DNA of 64,000 nt from Methanoregula sp. (GCA_026394605.1 JAPKXY010000024.1:6729-70728), one strand, 5' to 3'; counted from the first letter of the stretch, positions 47,421 to 57,540 are shown. The notes: generated from the letters alone by a model not told the origin. Numbers and translations are program-made.

Positions 47421-48522
47421 AATCCATTATGGCATCAGAGAGATCGCGTTTCAGGCGCATATACTCTTTGCTGGTGAGACCCTCCTGCTGCATAGTCATG
47501 TCACGGAACATACAGGGCGAAGAGGTCTTGCAGCACCAGACAAGACTGCCAAAACACGTATGTTGCCCTCCTTCGAGCAGTGTGCCCTTGACAGCATCTG
47601 TCTTGATCTTCAAAAAATCCTCCCTGGAGATCCCGATACGTTTGAGTGTTGGGATAAGAGGGCAATCTTTTACCGGCATGCAGCAGAACGTGAGCGCCCG
47701 CACATCACCGCCGCGGCAGAGTTGTTTCGGGGAGTTATACCATCCCTGATCATCAGTATAACGGGTGATTGCGGCATCGAGTCCCGCAAGCGTACGTATA
47801 TCGGAATTCCGTCCGAGCGAAACGAGGTCCGCGCCGTGGGAGAACATCTCTTTCATCACATCGAAGGAATTGATGGAATTGTTGGCGATCAGCATAAGCG
47901 GGCAGCTGTTCCGGATCTGGCGGAGTTTTGCGGATCCGAAATCCATCAAGTCTATGTGGAGAATGTCGGCACCTGCGCTCCAGAGTTTTTTTGCCAACCG
48001 CCGGTCATCAGCTGCGACACCCGCACGGATCTTAACTGATACCGTAACATCTACAGATTTCAATGCCCTGATGACCGCGGTAAGTTCTTTTAAGTTATGC
48101 AGGTAGTATTCCCCGCAACCCGCCTCGATCATCGGTATCTGCCGGCAGTGGGCGTCGATCTCGTACACGACGGTATCTCCCAGCGATTCGGCGATAGCCT
48201 TAAACGATGCGGGTGAACTGCCCCTGAGGTTTAAGCCCAGCACCACGTCGCTGTCCTTCATTTTCTGTATCTGGGTGGTAAGTTCCGTTACCGGATCGTC
48301 ATATAAAAATTCCCTGCGATCTCCTGCAGCGGCAATGGTGCGAGCCGCTTCCATCGTCCGGTCATCGGTAGCATATCCCCCAATAAAAGCGGCACCGATG
48401 TGAGGGGCACGTGCAAGCACGTACCCGGCATCAACGATGCCAGCCATCGGTGCAAGTGCAATGGGCGTTCTTACAACTTTACCGTTGATCATCAGCCCGA
48501 ACCGGTTGAAGGATTCCATCAT
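47383..48522 (-). CDS. Dus-like TIM-barrel flavoprotein fused to a C-terminal Cys-rich domain (possibly the methanogenesis-marker-9 type)
   Basis: IALAPMAGIVD resembles the dihydrouridine-synthase LAPMAGVTD motif. The C-terminal 110 aa contain CRGG..FCCMPVKDCP...HTCFGSLVWCCKTSSPC. Confidence 0.5.
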   Translation of the reverse strand: MMESFNRFGLMINGKVVRTPIALAPMAGIVDAGYVLARAPHIGAAFIGGYATDDRTMEAARTIAAAGDRREFLYDDPVTELTTQIQKMKDSDVVLGLNLRGSSPASFKAIAESLGDTVVYEIDAHCRQIPMIEAGCGEYYLHNLKELTAVIRALKSVDVTVSVKIRAGVAADDRRLAKKLWSAGADILHIDLMDFGSAKLRQIRNSCPLMLIANNSINSFDVMKEMFSHGADLVSLGRNSDIRTLAGLDAAITRYTDDQGWYNSPKQLCRGGDVRALTFCCMPVKDCPLIPTLKRIGISREDFLKIKTDAVKGTLLEGGQHTCFGSLVWCCKTSSPCMFRDMTMQQEGLTSKEYMRLKRDLSDAIMDCVFHDMPHDDAG

Positions 48523-48554
48523 GGATTCATATCATTTGATACACAACAAAGAAA

Positions 48555-49043
48555 TTACTTTGCATGTAACTGTTCGAGCAGGTATCCTTCCCGCGAACGG
48601 GAAAGAGTAATGTAGCCCCGGGCTTCATCGAGGCTGATTCCCCGGTTGAGCCGGAAATGATCGATGACCACTGCCCACGGGATCAGGTATGCTTCGTTTG
48701 CCTTTCCCGCACCGAACCGGAACTCGATGGCAAGAAAACCACCGCGTCCGGTCTTTTTTATAAAATCCGTGATTGCATCGACTTGGTGGATATTTTTTTT
48801 ATCGGTATGGAAATGCTGGGTAAAATAAAGTTTCTTGTCAAGAATCGATTTGCATTCAATTGCCAGATAATAGGTGGGGTTGAGAGAGTCGACAAGCACA
48901 TCCACGTACTGGGAAGAGAACTTGTGCTGTTTAAGCCGGTAGGCAAAACCCTGCATGTGGTGGGATTTGAAAAAACGGTTACAACAGTGGACAATTTCAC
49001 GTTCGAAGTCGCTCATTATTTTCCTATAGAACGGCTCGTGCAA
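48555..49043 (-). CDS. PD-(D/E)xK nuclease-fold protein, Holliday-junction-resolvase (Hjc)-like
   Basis: 162-aa product with an E..(x)..VDVLVD..YLAIECKS arrangement resembling the Hjc E-D-ExK catalytic signature. Confidence 0.45.
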   Translation of the reverse strand: MHEPFYRKIMSDFEREIVHCCNRFFKSHHMQGFAYRLKQHKFSSQYVDVLVDSLNPTYYLAIECKSILDKKLYFTQHFHTDKKNIHQVDAITDFIKKTGRGGFLAIEFRFGAGKANEAYLIPWAVVIDHFRLNRGISLDEARGYITLSRSREGYLLEQLHAK

Positions 49044-49093
49044 AAAACCATTTGGTAAGAATTTTTAAGGATAGCAGTAATACTATTTGTTAT

Positions 49094-49495
49094 ATGGGTA
49101 TGAAGGGAATGTTACTCGTAGGGCATGGAAGCTCAATGCCCTACAACAAGGAACTTGTCGAATCCACCGCCAAGATGATCGCCGCAGAGACCAGGGAGTA
49201 CGTGGTGAGGTGCGGTTTTATGAACATGAACACCCCCTCAATAAAAGAGGCACTGGCATCCTTTCATGGTGAAAAGATCGATGCACTCATTGTCGTGCCC
49301 CTCTTTCTTGCCAAGGGTGTGCACATCGAAAAGGATATCCCTTCCGAGATCGGGCTTGCTGCGGGACAGAAGAAAGGGACCTTTGCCCTGAACGGGACGA
49401 CCATACCGCTTGTGTATGCGGATCCGATCGGGAGCGACCCCCTGCTTGCGAGTCTGATGGTCAAAAATGCAAAAAAAGCCCTGGAACTCCTCTAA
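49094..49495 (+). CDS. cfbA: Small class II chelatase (CbiX-S type), by context sirohydrochlorin nickelochelatase
   Basis: LLVGHGSS...VVPLFLAKGVH motifs, about 130 aa, and followed directly by the cfbE/D/B homologues. Confidence 0.7.
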   Translation: MGMKGMLLVGHGSSMPYNKELVESTAKMIAAETREYVVRCGFMNMNTPSIKEALASFHGEKIDALIVVPLFLAKGVHIEKDIPSEIGLAAGQKKGTFALNGTTIPLVYADPIGSDPLLASLMVKNAKKALELL

Positions 49496-49502
49496 CATTT
49501 TT

Positions 49503-50717
49503 ATGAATATGCTGGTACTTGATACCATTCATGGCGCCGACGTGATCGGGAATGAATTTGCCGCTCGTGGCCATACCGTGGATGTCGTGGATGTGTACCG
49601 GCAAAAAAGCGTGGTGGACACAAGAACGGCACTCGGGCGAACCTATGACATAATTGTCGCCCCCGTGCATCTTGATCCCGACCATCCGCTCCTTCATTCC
49701 GGTAATGCACCGGTTATCTCCCACCATGAAGCAGTGCGCCGGCTGCTGGGCGACCGTGTACCCCAACCGATGGTTGAGGTCACCGGCGCCCGGGGGAAGA
49801 CAACAACCGCGTTTGCACTTGCCCATATCATGGCAGGTGCCGGTGTCCTCCACACCTCTGCAGGGACATTTCTCTATCCAGAACACCGGTTGCTCTGGAA
49901 AAGAAGCATTACACCGGCATCGGTGCTTGCTGCCGCAAATACAGCGATCGGGATCAATGGCTGGCTGATTGCCGAAGAATCACTTGGGGTCACCGGAGCC
50001 GGATCGCTTGCCATTATCACCTCGGCTGATGATTACGTGTGCGCAGCCGGGAAAAAGAGCGCACTCGCTGAAAAGCTGAAATCGGTAAAAAATTCCCGGC
50101 GCGTCCTCCTTGCCCCGTCACTTCCGTCCGGCACCCCTGCAATGGTGAACCTGGAGGATATCGCCCGATGCTCGTCATCAGACTGTTGTATCAATTGCGG
50201 GAGTGTGTCAGGCTCGTTTCACAACCCGCTCCTGGTACTGGATGCGTACCGCACCCCGCTCATGCTTGCCGGGGCTGCAGCGTGCCTTCTTGGTATTGAC
50301 CCGTCACCACTTGCGGGGTTTGAGGCCGTGGAAGGGAGACTTTCTGTCAGCCGTGCCGGCAATGTCACAATTGTTGATGATGCAAACAGCGGCACAACGA
50401 TGATGACAGCAATTGAGGCTGCGGGGTATGCCCGTGCGATTGCCAAGGTCCCGGCCCTCACCCTTGTCATCGGGACTGAACCCGAGGACGGCGCGGTCTG
50501 TGAGGGGTTTACGGATGAGGAGATCCGCGGTGCGATTAACGTCATAAACCCTGAACGCGTTATCCTCGTCGGTGACATTCTCCTTGGTGACGACGTGGCG
50601 CACCGGTTCAACCCCACAAACACAGCCCGTTCGTCAACGTTCAAGGAAGCATGTGAAACTGCCATTGCAACGACCTCAAGCGGAAGCATCGTACTTGCCG
50701 TTAAAACATGGAGATAA
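49503..50717 (+). CDS. cfbE: Mur-ligase-like coenzyme F430 synthetase
   Basis: P-loop VTGARGKTTTAF. The start was set at MNMLVLDTIHGA, after the cfbA stop. Confidence 0.7.
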   Translation: MNMLVLDTIHGADVIGNEFAARGHTVDVVDVYRQKSVVDTRTALGRTYDIIVAPVHLDPDHPLLHSGNAPVISHHEAVRRLLGDRVPQPMVEVTGARGKTTTAFALAHIMAGAGVLHTSAGTFLYPEHRLLWKRSITPASVLAAANTAIGINGWLIAEESLGVTGAGSLAIITSADDYVCAAGKKSALAEKLKSVKNSRRVLLAPSLPSGTPAMVNLEDIARCSSSDCCINCGSVSGSFHNPLLVLDAYRTPLMLAGAAACLLGIDPSPLAGFEAVEGRLSVSRAGNVTIVDDANSGTTMMTAIEAAGYARAIAKVPALTLVIGTEPEDGAVCEGFTDEEIRGAINVINPERVILVGDILLGDDVAHRFNPTNTARSSTFKEACETAIATTSSGSIVLAVKTWR

Positions 50718-50722
50718 ATTAC

Positions 50723-51787
50723 ATGAAGTATATGCACCCCCGCCCGAGCTCGATTGTCGCCGCACTCTACACTGCACGTGATCTTGAGGTTGATGTCGCT
50801 ATCCTGCACGGGCCATCCGGGTGCTCGTTCAAGCACGCACGGCTGCTTGAGGAGGATGGCATGCGTGTGCTCACGACCTCGCTTGCCGATAATGAATTCA
50901 TATTCGGCGGGCAGAAACCGCTCGAGGATGTCCTGCGGTATGCGGAAGAACGCTTCTCGCCCCACCGCATGGCCGTGATCGGGACCTGCGTTGCAATGAT
51001 CATTGGCGAGGACCTCCCATCGGCTATCGATGGAGCCGGCATCAAAACACCGACGATTGCGGTCGATATTCATGCGGGGTACCCGGAAAATATTGCTGGC
51101 GTGCTTGCGACTCTTGAGGCAGCCAAGGCTGCCGGCTGGATCTCAGGAGAGGAGCTCGCCCGCCAGCATGTCATGATGGAAAAAGCAAACGAAGTGGAAA
51201 GGTTGCGCGGGGCGGCGAGTGCGGCATATATCGAACCGTCACGTGGCGATTTGAAACATGTCGCTGCCAAACGCCTCCTTGCCTGTGCGCGGAGCGGACA
51301 GAAGGGCGTTGCCATAATGAACGCAAAAAAAGAGACTGCGTACATGTTTGCCGACGAACTGATTGCACTGCATGACGCCTGCCCCGATGCAGATATTATA
51401 TACATTGCTAACCTGGCTGACCGGGGACTTCCCAAAGTACGGGCTGATGCACAAAGGATCGCGGATGAAATGGCAGCCCGGGGTGTTCCTTTCGAGATCA
51501 TCGGGGCGCTGGATGAATACGGGGCGAACGGCGACGAGATCGGGAGACGGATACGGGATCTTGCCCCTGCCTTTGCGCTGATCTGCGGTGTCCCCCATGC
51601 GATCCCCCCTGAGTTTACCAAGGGTGTCATGTGCTTTTCTGTGACCAACGGGCCGCGGCAGGTTGAACCGTTGCGGTCGATTGGGCACCGGTATGTCCTT
51701 GTCGAAATTGATCTTCACCCGAAAACGATGGGGGTCCAGCGTATCATCGAGAGTGAGTTCGGCGCTGTGATCCGGAGCCTTGCATGA
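50723..51787 (+). CDS. cfbD: Ni-sirohydrochlorin a,c-diamide reductive cyclase, NifD/NflD-like component
   Basis: HPRPSSIVAALYTARDLEVDVAILHGPSGC pattern of NflD. GGAG lies 9 nt upstream of the ATG at 50723; the track start is 50708. Confidence 0.7.
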   Translation: MKYMHPRPSSIVAALYTARDLEVDVAILHGPSGCSFKHARLLEEDGMRVLTTSLADNEFIFGGQKPLEDVLRYAEERFSPHRMAVIGTCVAMIIGEDLPSAIDGAGIKTPTIAVDIHAGYPENIAGVLATLEAAKAAGWISGEELARQHVMMEKANEVERLRGAASAAYIEPSRGDLKHVAAKRLLACARSGQKGVAIMNAKKETAYMFADELIALHDACPDADIIYIANLADRGLPKVRADAQRIADEMAARGVPFEIIGALDEYGANGDEIGRRIRDLAPAFALICGVPHAIPPEFTKGVMCFSVTNGPRQVEPLRSIGHRYVLVEIDLHPKTMGVQRIIESEFGAVIRSLA

Positions 51788-53160
51788 AGGCTGTCCTTAT
51801 CACGGGTGACCGGTCAGGGAGCGGGAAGACAAGCATTACCCTTGCCCTCTCCTCCCTTCTCTCCCGGACACACACTGTCCAGACATTTAAGGTGGGAATG
51901 GACTATATTGACCCCTCCTATCTCAGTGCGGTCACCGGCCGGCCCTGCCGGAACATTGACAGCTTTACCATGGATGATTCGACGATCCGGCAGATCTATG
52001 GGTACGGGTGCCGCGGCGCGGACATGGCCCTTGTTGAGGGCGTGCGGGGGTTGTATGAGGGGGCAGAAGCACTCAATGATATAGGAACGACTGCATCAAT
52101 CGCCAAAGTGCTTTCACTTCCCGTCATTCTTGTCGTCTCCGCCCAGAGTATTACCCGCAGCGCAGCAGCGATCGTCAAAGGGTTCTGCGCGTTTGATCCC
52201 GGCATCAGAGTTGCCGGTGTGATCCTCAACAATATCAAAGGCACTACGCACAAAGACAAAGCAGTTGCCGCCATCGAACACTATTGCGGGATACCGGTCA
52301 TCGGTGCGATTCCCCGTATGGAGGAAATGCAGCTCACCATGCGTCACCTCGGGCTTATTCCCTTCCGTGAAGGGACGGGCAGGGGCGATTTTGATGCACG
52401 GGTTCAGGCAATCACAAAAATCATCGGGGAATATGTGGATCTCGGACACTTCCAGAAGCTCATGGCTGACGTCACAATGGGGAATACCCGGGACACGGTT
52501 TTTGATGAGCACAGACAGCCGGATGTGCGTATTGGTGTAGCACTCGATCAGGCGTTCAATTTTTATTATGCGGACCTTTTTGATGTTCTCCAGGCATTCG
52601 GTGCCGAAGCGATCCCGTTCAGTCCGGTTCACGATCGCCTTCCAGAAGCTGAGGGGTACATCATCGGCGGGGGATATCCGGAATTGTTTGTAAAGGAACT
52701 GGAATCCAATGAGAAGATGCGGAGTGCAGTTAAAGAAGTTTCAAAAAACGGTGTGCCGATATATGCTGAATGCGGGGGGCTCATGTATCTCACTGAACGG
52801 ATGCTGCTACAACAGGGTTGGCAGGGGATAACAAAGGATGCCTCGTACGAAATGTGCGGGGTCTATGCCGGTGAAACACGGATGCCGTCACAACGGGTGG
52901 TGAGCTATGTTGAGGGATCGAGCACCGCAAAGAGCGTTGTTGGCAAAGCTCGGTTCCGGGGGCATGAATTCCACTATTCCGATGTTGTGCTTGATAAAAA
53001 TACACATTTTGCCTACCAGCTTACGCGAGGCGTCGGGATCCGTGATACCCTCGATGGTGCCATGGTTGACAACACGCTCGGAAGCTATACGCACCTGCAC
53101 CCGGTAGCGAGCATGGGCATGTTCCGTCATTTTATCGATCGATGCCGGAAAAAGAATTGA
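51784..53160 (+). CDS. cfbB: Ni-sirohydrochlorin a,c-diamide synthase (CobB/CbiA family)
   Basis: N-terminal GDRSGSGKTS P-loop, a C-terminal glutamine amidotransferase motif YAECGGLMYL, and an ATGA overlap with cfbD. Confidence 0.75.
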   Translation: MKAVLITGDRSGSGKTSITLALSSLLSRTHTVQTFKVGMDYIDPSYLSAVTGRPCRNIDSFTMDDSTIRQIYGYGCRGADMALVEGVRGLYEGAEALNDIGTTASIAKVLSLPVILVVSAQSITRSAAAIVKGFCAFDPGIRVAGVILNNIKGTTHKDKAVAAIEHYCGIPVIGAIPRMEEMQLTMRHLGLIPFREGTGRGDFDARVQAITKIIGEYVDLGHFQKLMADVTMGNTRDTVFDEHRQPDVRIGVALDQAFNFYYADLFDVLQAFGAEAIPFSPVHDRLPEAEGYIIGGGYPELFVKELESNEKMRSAVKEVSKNGVPIYAECGGLMYLTERMLLQQGWQGITKDASYEMCGVYAGETRMPSQRVVSYVEGSSTAKSVVGKARFRGHEFHYSDVVLDKNTHFAYQLTRGVGIRDTLDGAMVDNTLGSYTHLHPVASMGMFRHFIDRCRKKN

Positions 53161-53239
53161 GATCAGGATGGGGGTTACTTACTCAAATTAAAAAAAACCA
53201 AAGAAAACTACTAAATGAAAAAACGCCCCACCATTCCTT

Positions 53240-54109
53240 ATGATCATTTATATCGATGGGAAGTACCTGCCCGACGATCAGGCAAAGATCTCGGTGTTTG
53301 ACCACGGGTTTCTCTACGGGGACGGGGTGTTTGAAGGAATCCGTGCATACGACGGCAGGGTGTTCCGGTTAAAGGACCACCTTGACCGTATGTATGATTC
53401 GGCAAAGACGATCGACCTGCACCCGCCGCTTTCAAAGGATGAGCTCGCAGAGGTTATCTGTGAGCTGCTGCGGAAGAACAAGCTGGACAACGCCTACATC
53501 CGCCCGATCATCAGCAGGGGTGTCGGTGACCTCGGGCTCGATCCCCGCAAGTGCAAAAAACCCTCGGTAATCGTGATCGCGACCAGCTGGGGCGCAATGT
53601 ACGGCGACCTGTATGACAAGGGGTTAAAGGCAATCACCGTCTCAGTCCGGCGGAACCCCGCAGAGGCGCTTCCGCCGAATGTCAAGAGCCTCAATTACCT
53701 CAACAATATCCTGGCAAAGATCGAGGCGAACTACAAAGGGGGTGACGAAGCGATCTTCTTTGACACGAACGGATACATCTCAGAGGGATCAGGGGACAAT
53801 CTCTACGTGGTGAAGAACGGCGAAATTATCACGCCGGCAACGCTCAATAACCTGCGCGGTGTCACCCGCATGGTGGTACTGGAGATCGCGCAATCACTTG
53901 GCATTCCGGTACATGAGCAGAACCTCGGGTACTTTGACCTCTATGCAGCGGATGAAGTCTTCTGTAGTGGCACCGCTGCGGAAGTGGCGCCCATCACATG
54001 GATTGACGGCAGGGTGATCGGCACCGGCAAACCGGGCCCTGTCACCCGCCAGCTGATGGCTGCATTCAGGGCTGTTACCGAAAAGGAAGGCACTCCCATC
54101 TATAAATAG
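53240..54109 (+). CDS. ilvE: Branched-chain amino acid aminotransferase
   Basis: Fold-type IV motifs [24 protein letters not shown] and ISEGSGDNL. Confidence 0.9.
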   Translation: MIIYIDGKYLPDDQAKISVFDHGFLYGDGVFEGIRAYDGRVFRLKDHLDRMYDSAKTIDLHPPLSKDELAEVICELLRKNKLDNAYIRPIISRGVGDLGLDPRKCKKPSVIVIATSWGAMYGDLYDKGLKAITVSVRRNPAEALPPNVKSLNYLNNILAKIEANYKGGDEAIFFDTNGYISEGSGDNLYVVKNGEIITPATLNNLRGVTRMVVLEIAQSLGIPVHEQNLGYFDLYAADEVFCSGTAAEVAPITWIDGRVIGTGKPGPVTRQLMAAFRAVTEKEGTPIYK

Positions 54110-54292
54110 TCCAAAAATATTTTTTGATCGAATCGAAGGCAAGGGTGTTCTCTCTCCGGTCCTCTCATATAGTCCTTAACGTTAGTTTTTCATACGGTGG
54201 CGTGGTATCATGCCGGATTGTCAGGAGCAGCAGGCTAAGCACCATACTCCCAAATCTTTTTATTCGGTGCAATGCAACTAGTAAAAACGTCT

Positions 54293-54367
54293 GCTGCTAT
54301 AGTGTAGACCGGCCAATCATGCGGGCCTTTCACGCCCGCGACTGGGGTTCAAATCCCCATAGCAGCA
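54293..54367 (+). tRNA. tRNA-Glu (anticodon UUC)
   Basis: Acceptor GCTGCTA/TAGCAGC. Anticodon stem CGGGC/GCCCG with loop CTTTCAC. T-arm TGGGG-TTCAAAT-CCCCA. No CCA is encoded. Confidence 0.9.
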
Positions 54368-54556
54368 CTTTTCATACATTTTCCTGTTTGAATGGGAATG
54401 GTTGTTTTTATTTTTTCCCTGTACTGGTATCTGGTGTATCAGCTTAATCCGGTACCGGGAAACAGGAATCTATCAGTGAAAAAGAAGTCTGCACCTAATA
54501 TGCCCTGGCACAGCATTCAACATCTCTCAATTGATATCCACTGATCGGGATTGCCA

Positions 54557-55183
54557 ATGCCTGATACCCGTATCGCCTGGGAACGCGATTATTCGGCACG
54601 CGGTCGTCTCTGGGTTCCTTCTGTACATACTATACCGGATCTGGCTGCCGGAGCCTGTGTGCTGGAGATGGGATGCGGGAGTAAAACGATCCTGGGTACT
54701 GTTCTGAACCGGCCATGGGATGTCGTGGCTTTTGACTTTTCAGAAAAAGCAGCAATGTTGAGCCGACGGTTCGCTGATGGCAATAACAGGGTTGATAGTA
54801 TCGTGTCAGATGCACGCCGGCTCCCTTTCAGGGATGAGAGATTTGATGCAGTGATCGCATTCCACGTTATCGGGCATATGCCTGAATATGACCGGAAACT
54901 CAGCTCTTCAGAGGCAGCACGGGTGCTCAAAACTGGCGGCAGTCTCTTGTTCCGGGATTTTTCAATAAACGATTTCCGTTACGGAAAAGGGGATGAAATT
55001 GAGTGCAATACGTTTCGTCGCGGTACCGGCATCATCACCCATTATTTCAAGGAACCTGAAGTCACCGACCTTTTTTGTGTACTCCATCCGGTCTCCCTGA
55101 TATCACGCCGGTGGACAATGAAGGTCCGCGGCAATAACCTTCTGCGCGAAGACGTGGACGCGGTTTTTTTAAAAGAACAGTAA
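54557..55183 (+). CDS. Class I SAM-dependent methyltransferase
   Basis: VLEMGCGS motif I and AVIAFHVIGHM (post-II/III motifs). The ATG at 54557 follows the TTG at 54551. Confidence 0.75.
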   Translation: MPDTRIAWERDYSARGRLWVPSVHTIPDLAAGACVLEMGCGSKTILGTVLNRPWDVVAFDFSEKAAMLSRRFADGNNRVDSIVSDARRLPFRDERFDAVIAFHVIGHMPEYDRKLSSSEAARVLKTGGSLLFRDFSINDFRYGKGDEIECNTFRRGTGIITHYFKEPEVTDLFCVLHPVSLISRRWTMKVRGNNLLREDVDAVFLKEQ

Positions 55184-55258
55184 TGAATTGAATCAATATT
55201 AAAAAAATCCGAATAGTTATATATCGACAACTTCAATGTTCCAAGAACGGAGAATGGT

Positions 55259-56584
55259 ATGATAAGAAAATTGCTGTTTCTTCTGTGCATTACCGTCTGT
55301 GTCATTCCAGCGATCGCATTGGCTGAACCGTTAATAGGCGGAGATCAGGGCTGGATCGAAGTCAGGTGCAACATCAACGACGCTTCTGTGAGTTTCAATG
55401 GTGAATACAAATGCACGATCCAGGGAGGATCCTGCACTGTTCCGGTGTATACCACCGGTACGCCCTACACCTCGTTTACTGTTGAAAAGACCGGCTATTA
55501 CCCGTACCAGGGACAACTTACAATGCCCGGTGCGGGAGAGACAAGAACCGTATATGCAACCCTCAACCCCATCCCAACCCAGACACCAGTCCCCCCTCCC
55601 GACTACGGGTCCATCAATGTTGATTCCTCACCATCAGGTGCAGCTGTGTACCTGAATGGCAACTACCGGGGCGTTGCTCCGCTTTCGATCACCCAGGTGC
55701 GCCCGGGCAGTTATTCGGTTGAATGCGATCTGGGAAATTACCAGCCATATTCGACAACGACAACCGTGTCCATGGGGACGACATCATATGTGAACTGCCC
55801 ACTCCAGAAGATTGTCTCCCCGGGCTCGCTCTATATCGTATCGGATCCGCCCGGTGCTGCAACATACCTTGATGGGACCTACAAGGGAAAGACACCCCTT
55901 TCGCTCTCCAATATTGCACCGACAATACATACCGTCGAGTTCGATCTCTCAGGCTACTATGACTGGAAGTCAACGGTCACGGTCCCGGCCGGCGGCACCA
56001 GGACCGTGAGTGCAACCCTTGCCCCCATCCCCTCAAGTACTACCGGTTGGATCTATGTCACGTCAGTCCCGGCTGGCGCCACGGTCTCCCTTGACGGGAC
56101 TGTTGCAGGACAGACTGCGGGTAACGGTGTCCTGAACATCAACAATGTCAGAAACGGGGATCATACCATACGGGTTGAGATGGTTGGCTACCAGCCATAT
56201 TCAACAACCGTTCACGTACAGGTCAGTACGGTTTCTGCTGTGCTGGCAACCCTTGTCCCAATCCCGGGTCATACCACCACCGGCACGGTCTCTGTGACGT
56301 CCACCCCCTTCGGTGCAAACGTTTTTATTGACAATGTGCTCAGGGGCGTAACGCCACTCACCCTTGCTGACATCCCGGCCGGGAGTCATCTCATCCTGCT
56401 GCGGCTCGATGGCTACAAGGACTATACCACAACCCAGCAGGTGAATGCCGGTGCGACCAATACGATCACCGCAGCGCTGAACCCGGCTGCAACTCCGGAA
56501 CCAACCAGATCAGGAACCGGACTCTTGCCAGTCCTTGGAGCACTCACCCTGATCGGGGTGTATGCGTACCGGCGCGGTAAATAA
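55259..56584 (+). CDS. Secreted multi-PEGA-domain surface protein with C-terminal TM anchor
   Basis: A signal peptide is followed by 5-6 repeats of about 70 aa. Each repeat has the pattern V.L(D/N)G...G.TPL.L..I..G.H.I....GY.(P/D)Y. The C-terminus is LLPVLGALTLIGVYAYRRGK. Confidence 0.8.
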   Translation: MIRKLLFLLCITVCVIPAIALAEPLIGGDQGWIEVRCNINDASVSFNGEYKCTIQGGSCTVPVYTTGTPYTSFTVEKTGYYPYQGQLTMPGAGETRTVYATLNPIPTQTPVPPPDYGSINVDSSPSGAAVYLNGNYRGVAPLSITQVRPGSYSVECDLGNYQPYSTTTTVSMGTTSYVNCPLQKIVSPGSLYIVSDPPGAATYLDGTYKGKTPLSLSNIAPTIHTVEFDLSGYYDWKSTVTVPAGGTRTVSATLAPIPSSTTGWIYVTSVPAGATVSLDGTVAGQTAGNGVLNINNVRNGDHTIRVEMVGYQPYSTTVHVQVSTVSAVLATLVPIPGHTTTGTVSVTSTPFGANVFIDNVLRGVTPLTLADIPAGSHLILLRLDGYKDYTTTQQVNAGATNTITAALNPAATPEPTRSGTGLLPVLGALTLIGVYAYRRGK

Positions 56585-56586
56585 TC

Positions 56587-56594
56587 TTTTTTTT
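56587..56594 (+). terminator. Oligo-T tract (T8) after PEGA gene
   Basis: A T8 run begins 3 nt after the stop codon. Confidence 0.45.
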
Positions 56595-56781
56595 CTCGTT
56601 CTCATCTACAAGAAGATCACAGGTGAAGGCTTACCCAGAGGTTTCAAGCCGGTTGAGACGGTCGGTATCCCTCAAAATTGATCCAGGAAATTAAAAAAAA
56701 CTTTTTTTATCAGAATATCCTCAAAGACGTACCAATCATACTTATGTTCATATAGAAATCCTGCCAACCTAACAGGCAACC

Positions 56782-57432
56782 ATGCTTCTTTCAATCATTG
56801 AACTTTTTATTCACATTGATCAGAATCTTCCCATTATTATCCAACAGTACGGCACATGGACGTACCTTTTGCTTTTTTTGATTATCTTCTTTGAAACAGG
56901 ATTCGTGGTGACCCCTTTTCTTCCGGGAGATTCCCTCCTTTTTGTGTCCGGGGTTGTTGCCGCAAGCGGCCTGCTGGCGCTTCACTGGCTGCTGGCGGCC
57001 TTTATTCTGGGTGCCATCCTTGGCGATACCGTGAACTACTGGATCGGCAACTACCTCGGGCTTTGTGTTGTCCAGCAACGATTCCCCAATATCCTCAAAA
57101 AAGAATATATCGACCGGACGTACGGGTTCTATGAACGCTATGGCGGCATGACAATCTTTGTCGCCCGTTTCGTCCCGATCATACGGACATTCGCCCCGTT
57201 CCTTGCCGGCGTCGGCACGATGGATTACAGAAAATTTCTCGTCTATAATGTCTTCGGCGGTGTGGCATGGTCGCTTTCAATTGTGCTCGCCGGTTATTTC
57301 TTCGGGACATTGCCGATCGTAAAAGAGAACCTGAACCTCCTGGTCTACTTCGTGGTGCTCGTCACCCTCGCAACCATTGTCGTCATCATTGCTGGGCTTG
57401 TCTCGGCATACCGGGACCGGCCGGCCCAATGA
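56782..57432 (+). CDS. DedA/VTT-domain membrane protein
   Basis: FFETGFVVTPFLPGDSLLF motif typical of DedA, and a size of 216 aa. Confidence 0.8.
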   Translation: MLLSIIELFIHIDQNLPIIIQQYGTWTYLLLFLIIFFETGFVVTPFLPGDSLLFVSGVVAASGLLALHWLLAAFILGAILGDTVNYWIGNYLGLCVVQQRFPNILKKEYIDRTYGFYERYGGMTIFVARFVPIIRTFAPFLAGVGTMDYRKFLVYNVFGGVAWSLSIVLAGYFFGTLPIVKENLNLLVYFVVLVTLATIVVIIAGLVSAYRDRPAQ

Positions 57433-57540
57433 AGAGATTACGGTCCCGGTTATATGCCTTTTTTATAAAAATCAGGTCAAGGAACAGTGTAATTTTAAAA
57501 AAATATGTCATAAAAGAGATGAACACCAAAAAAAAAATTA

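Noticed and set aside
54124-54447. A 107-aa plus-strand ORF in the ilvE-methyltransferase gap.
   Set aside because: It spans the tRNA-Glu gene (54293-54367) and has no protein-like features.
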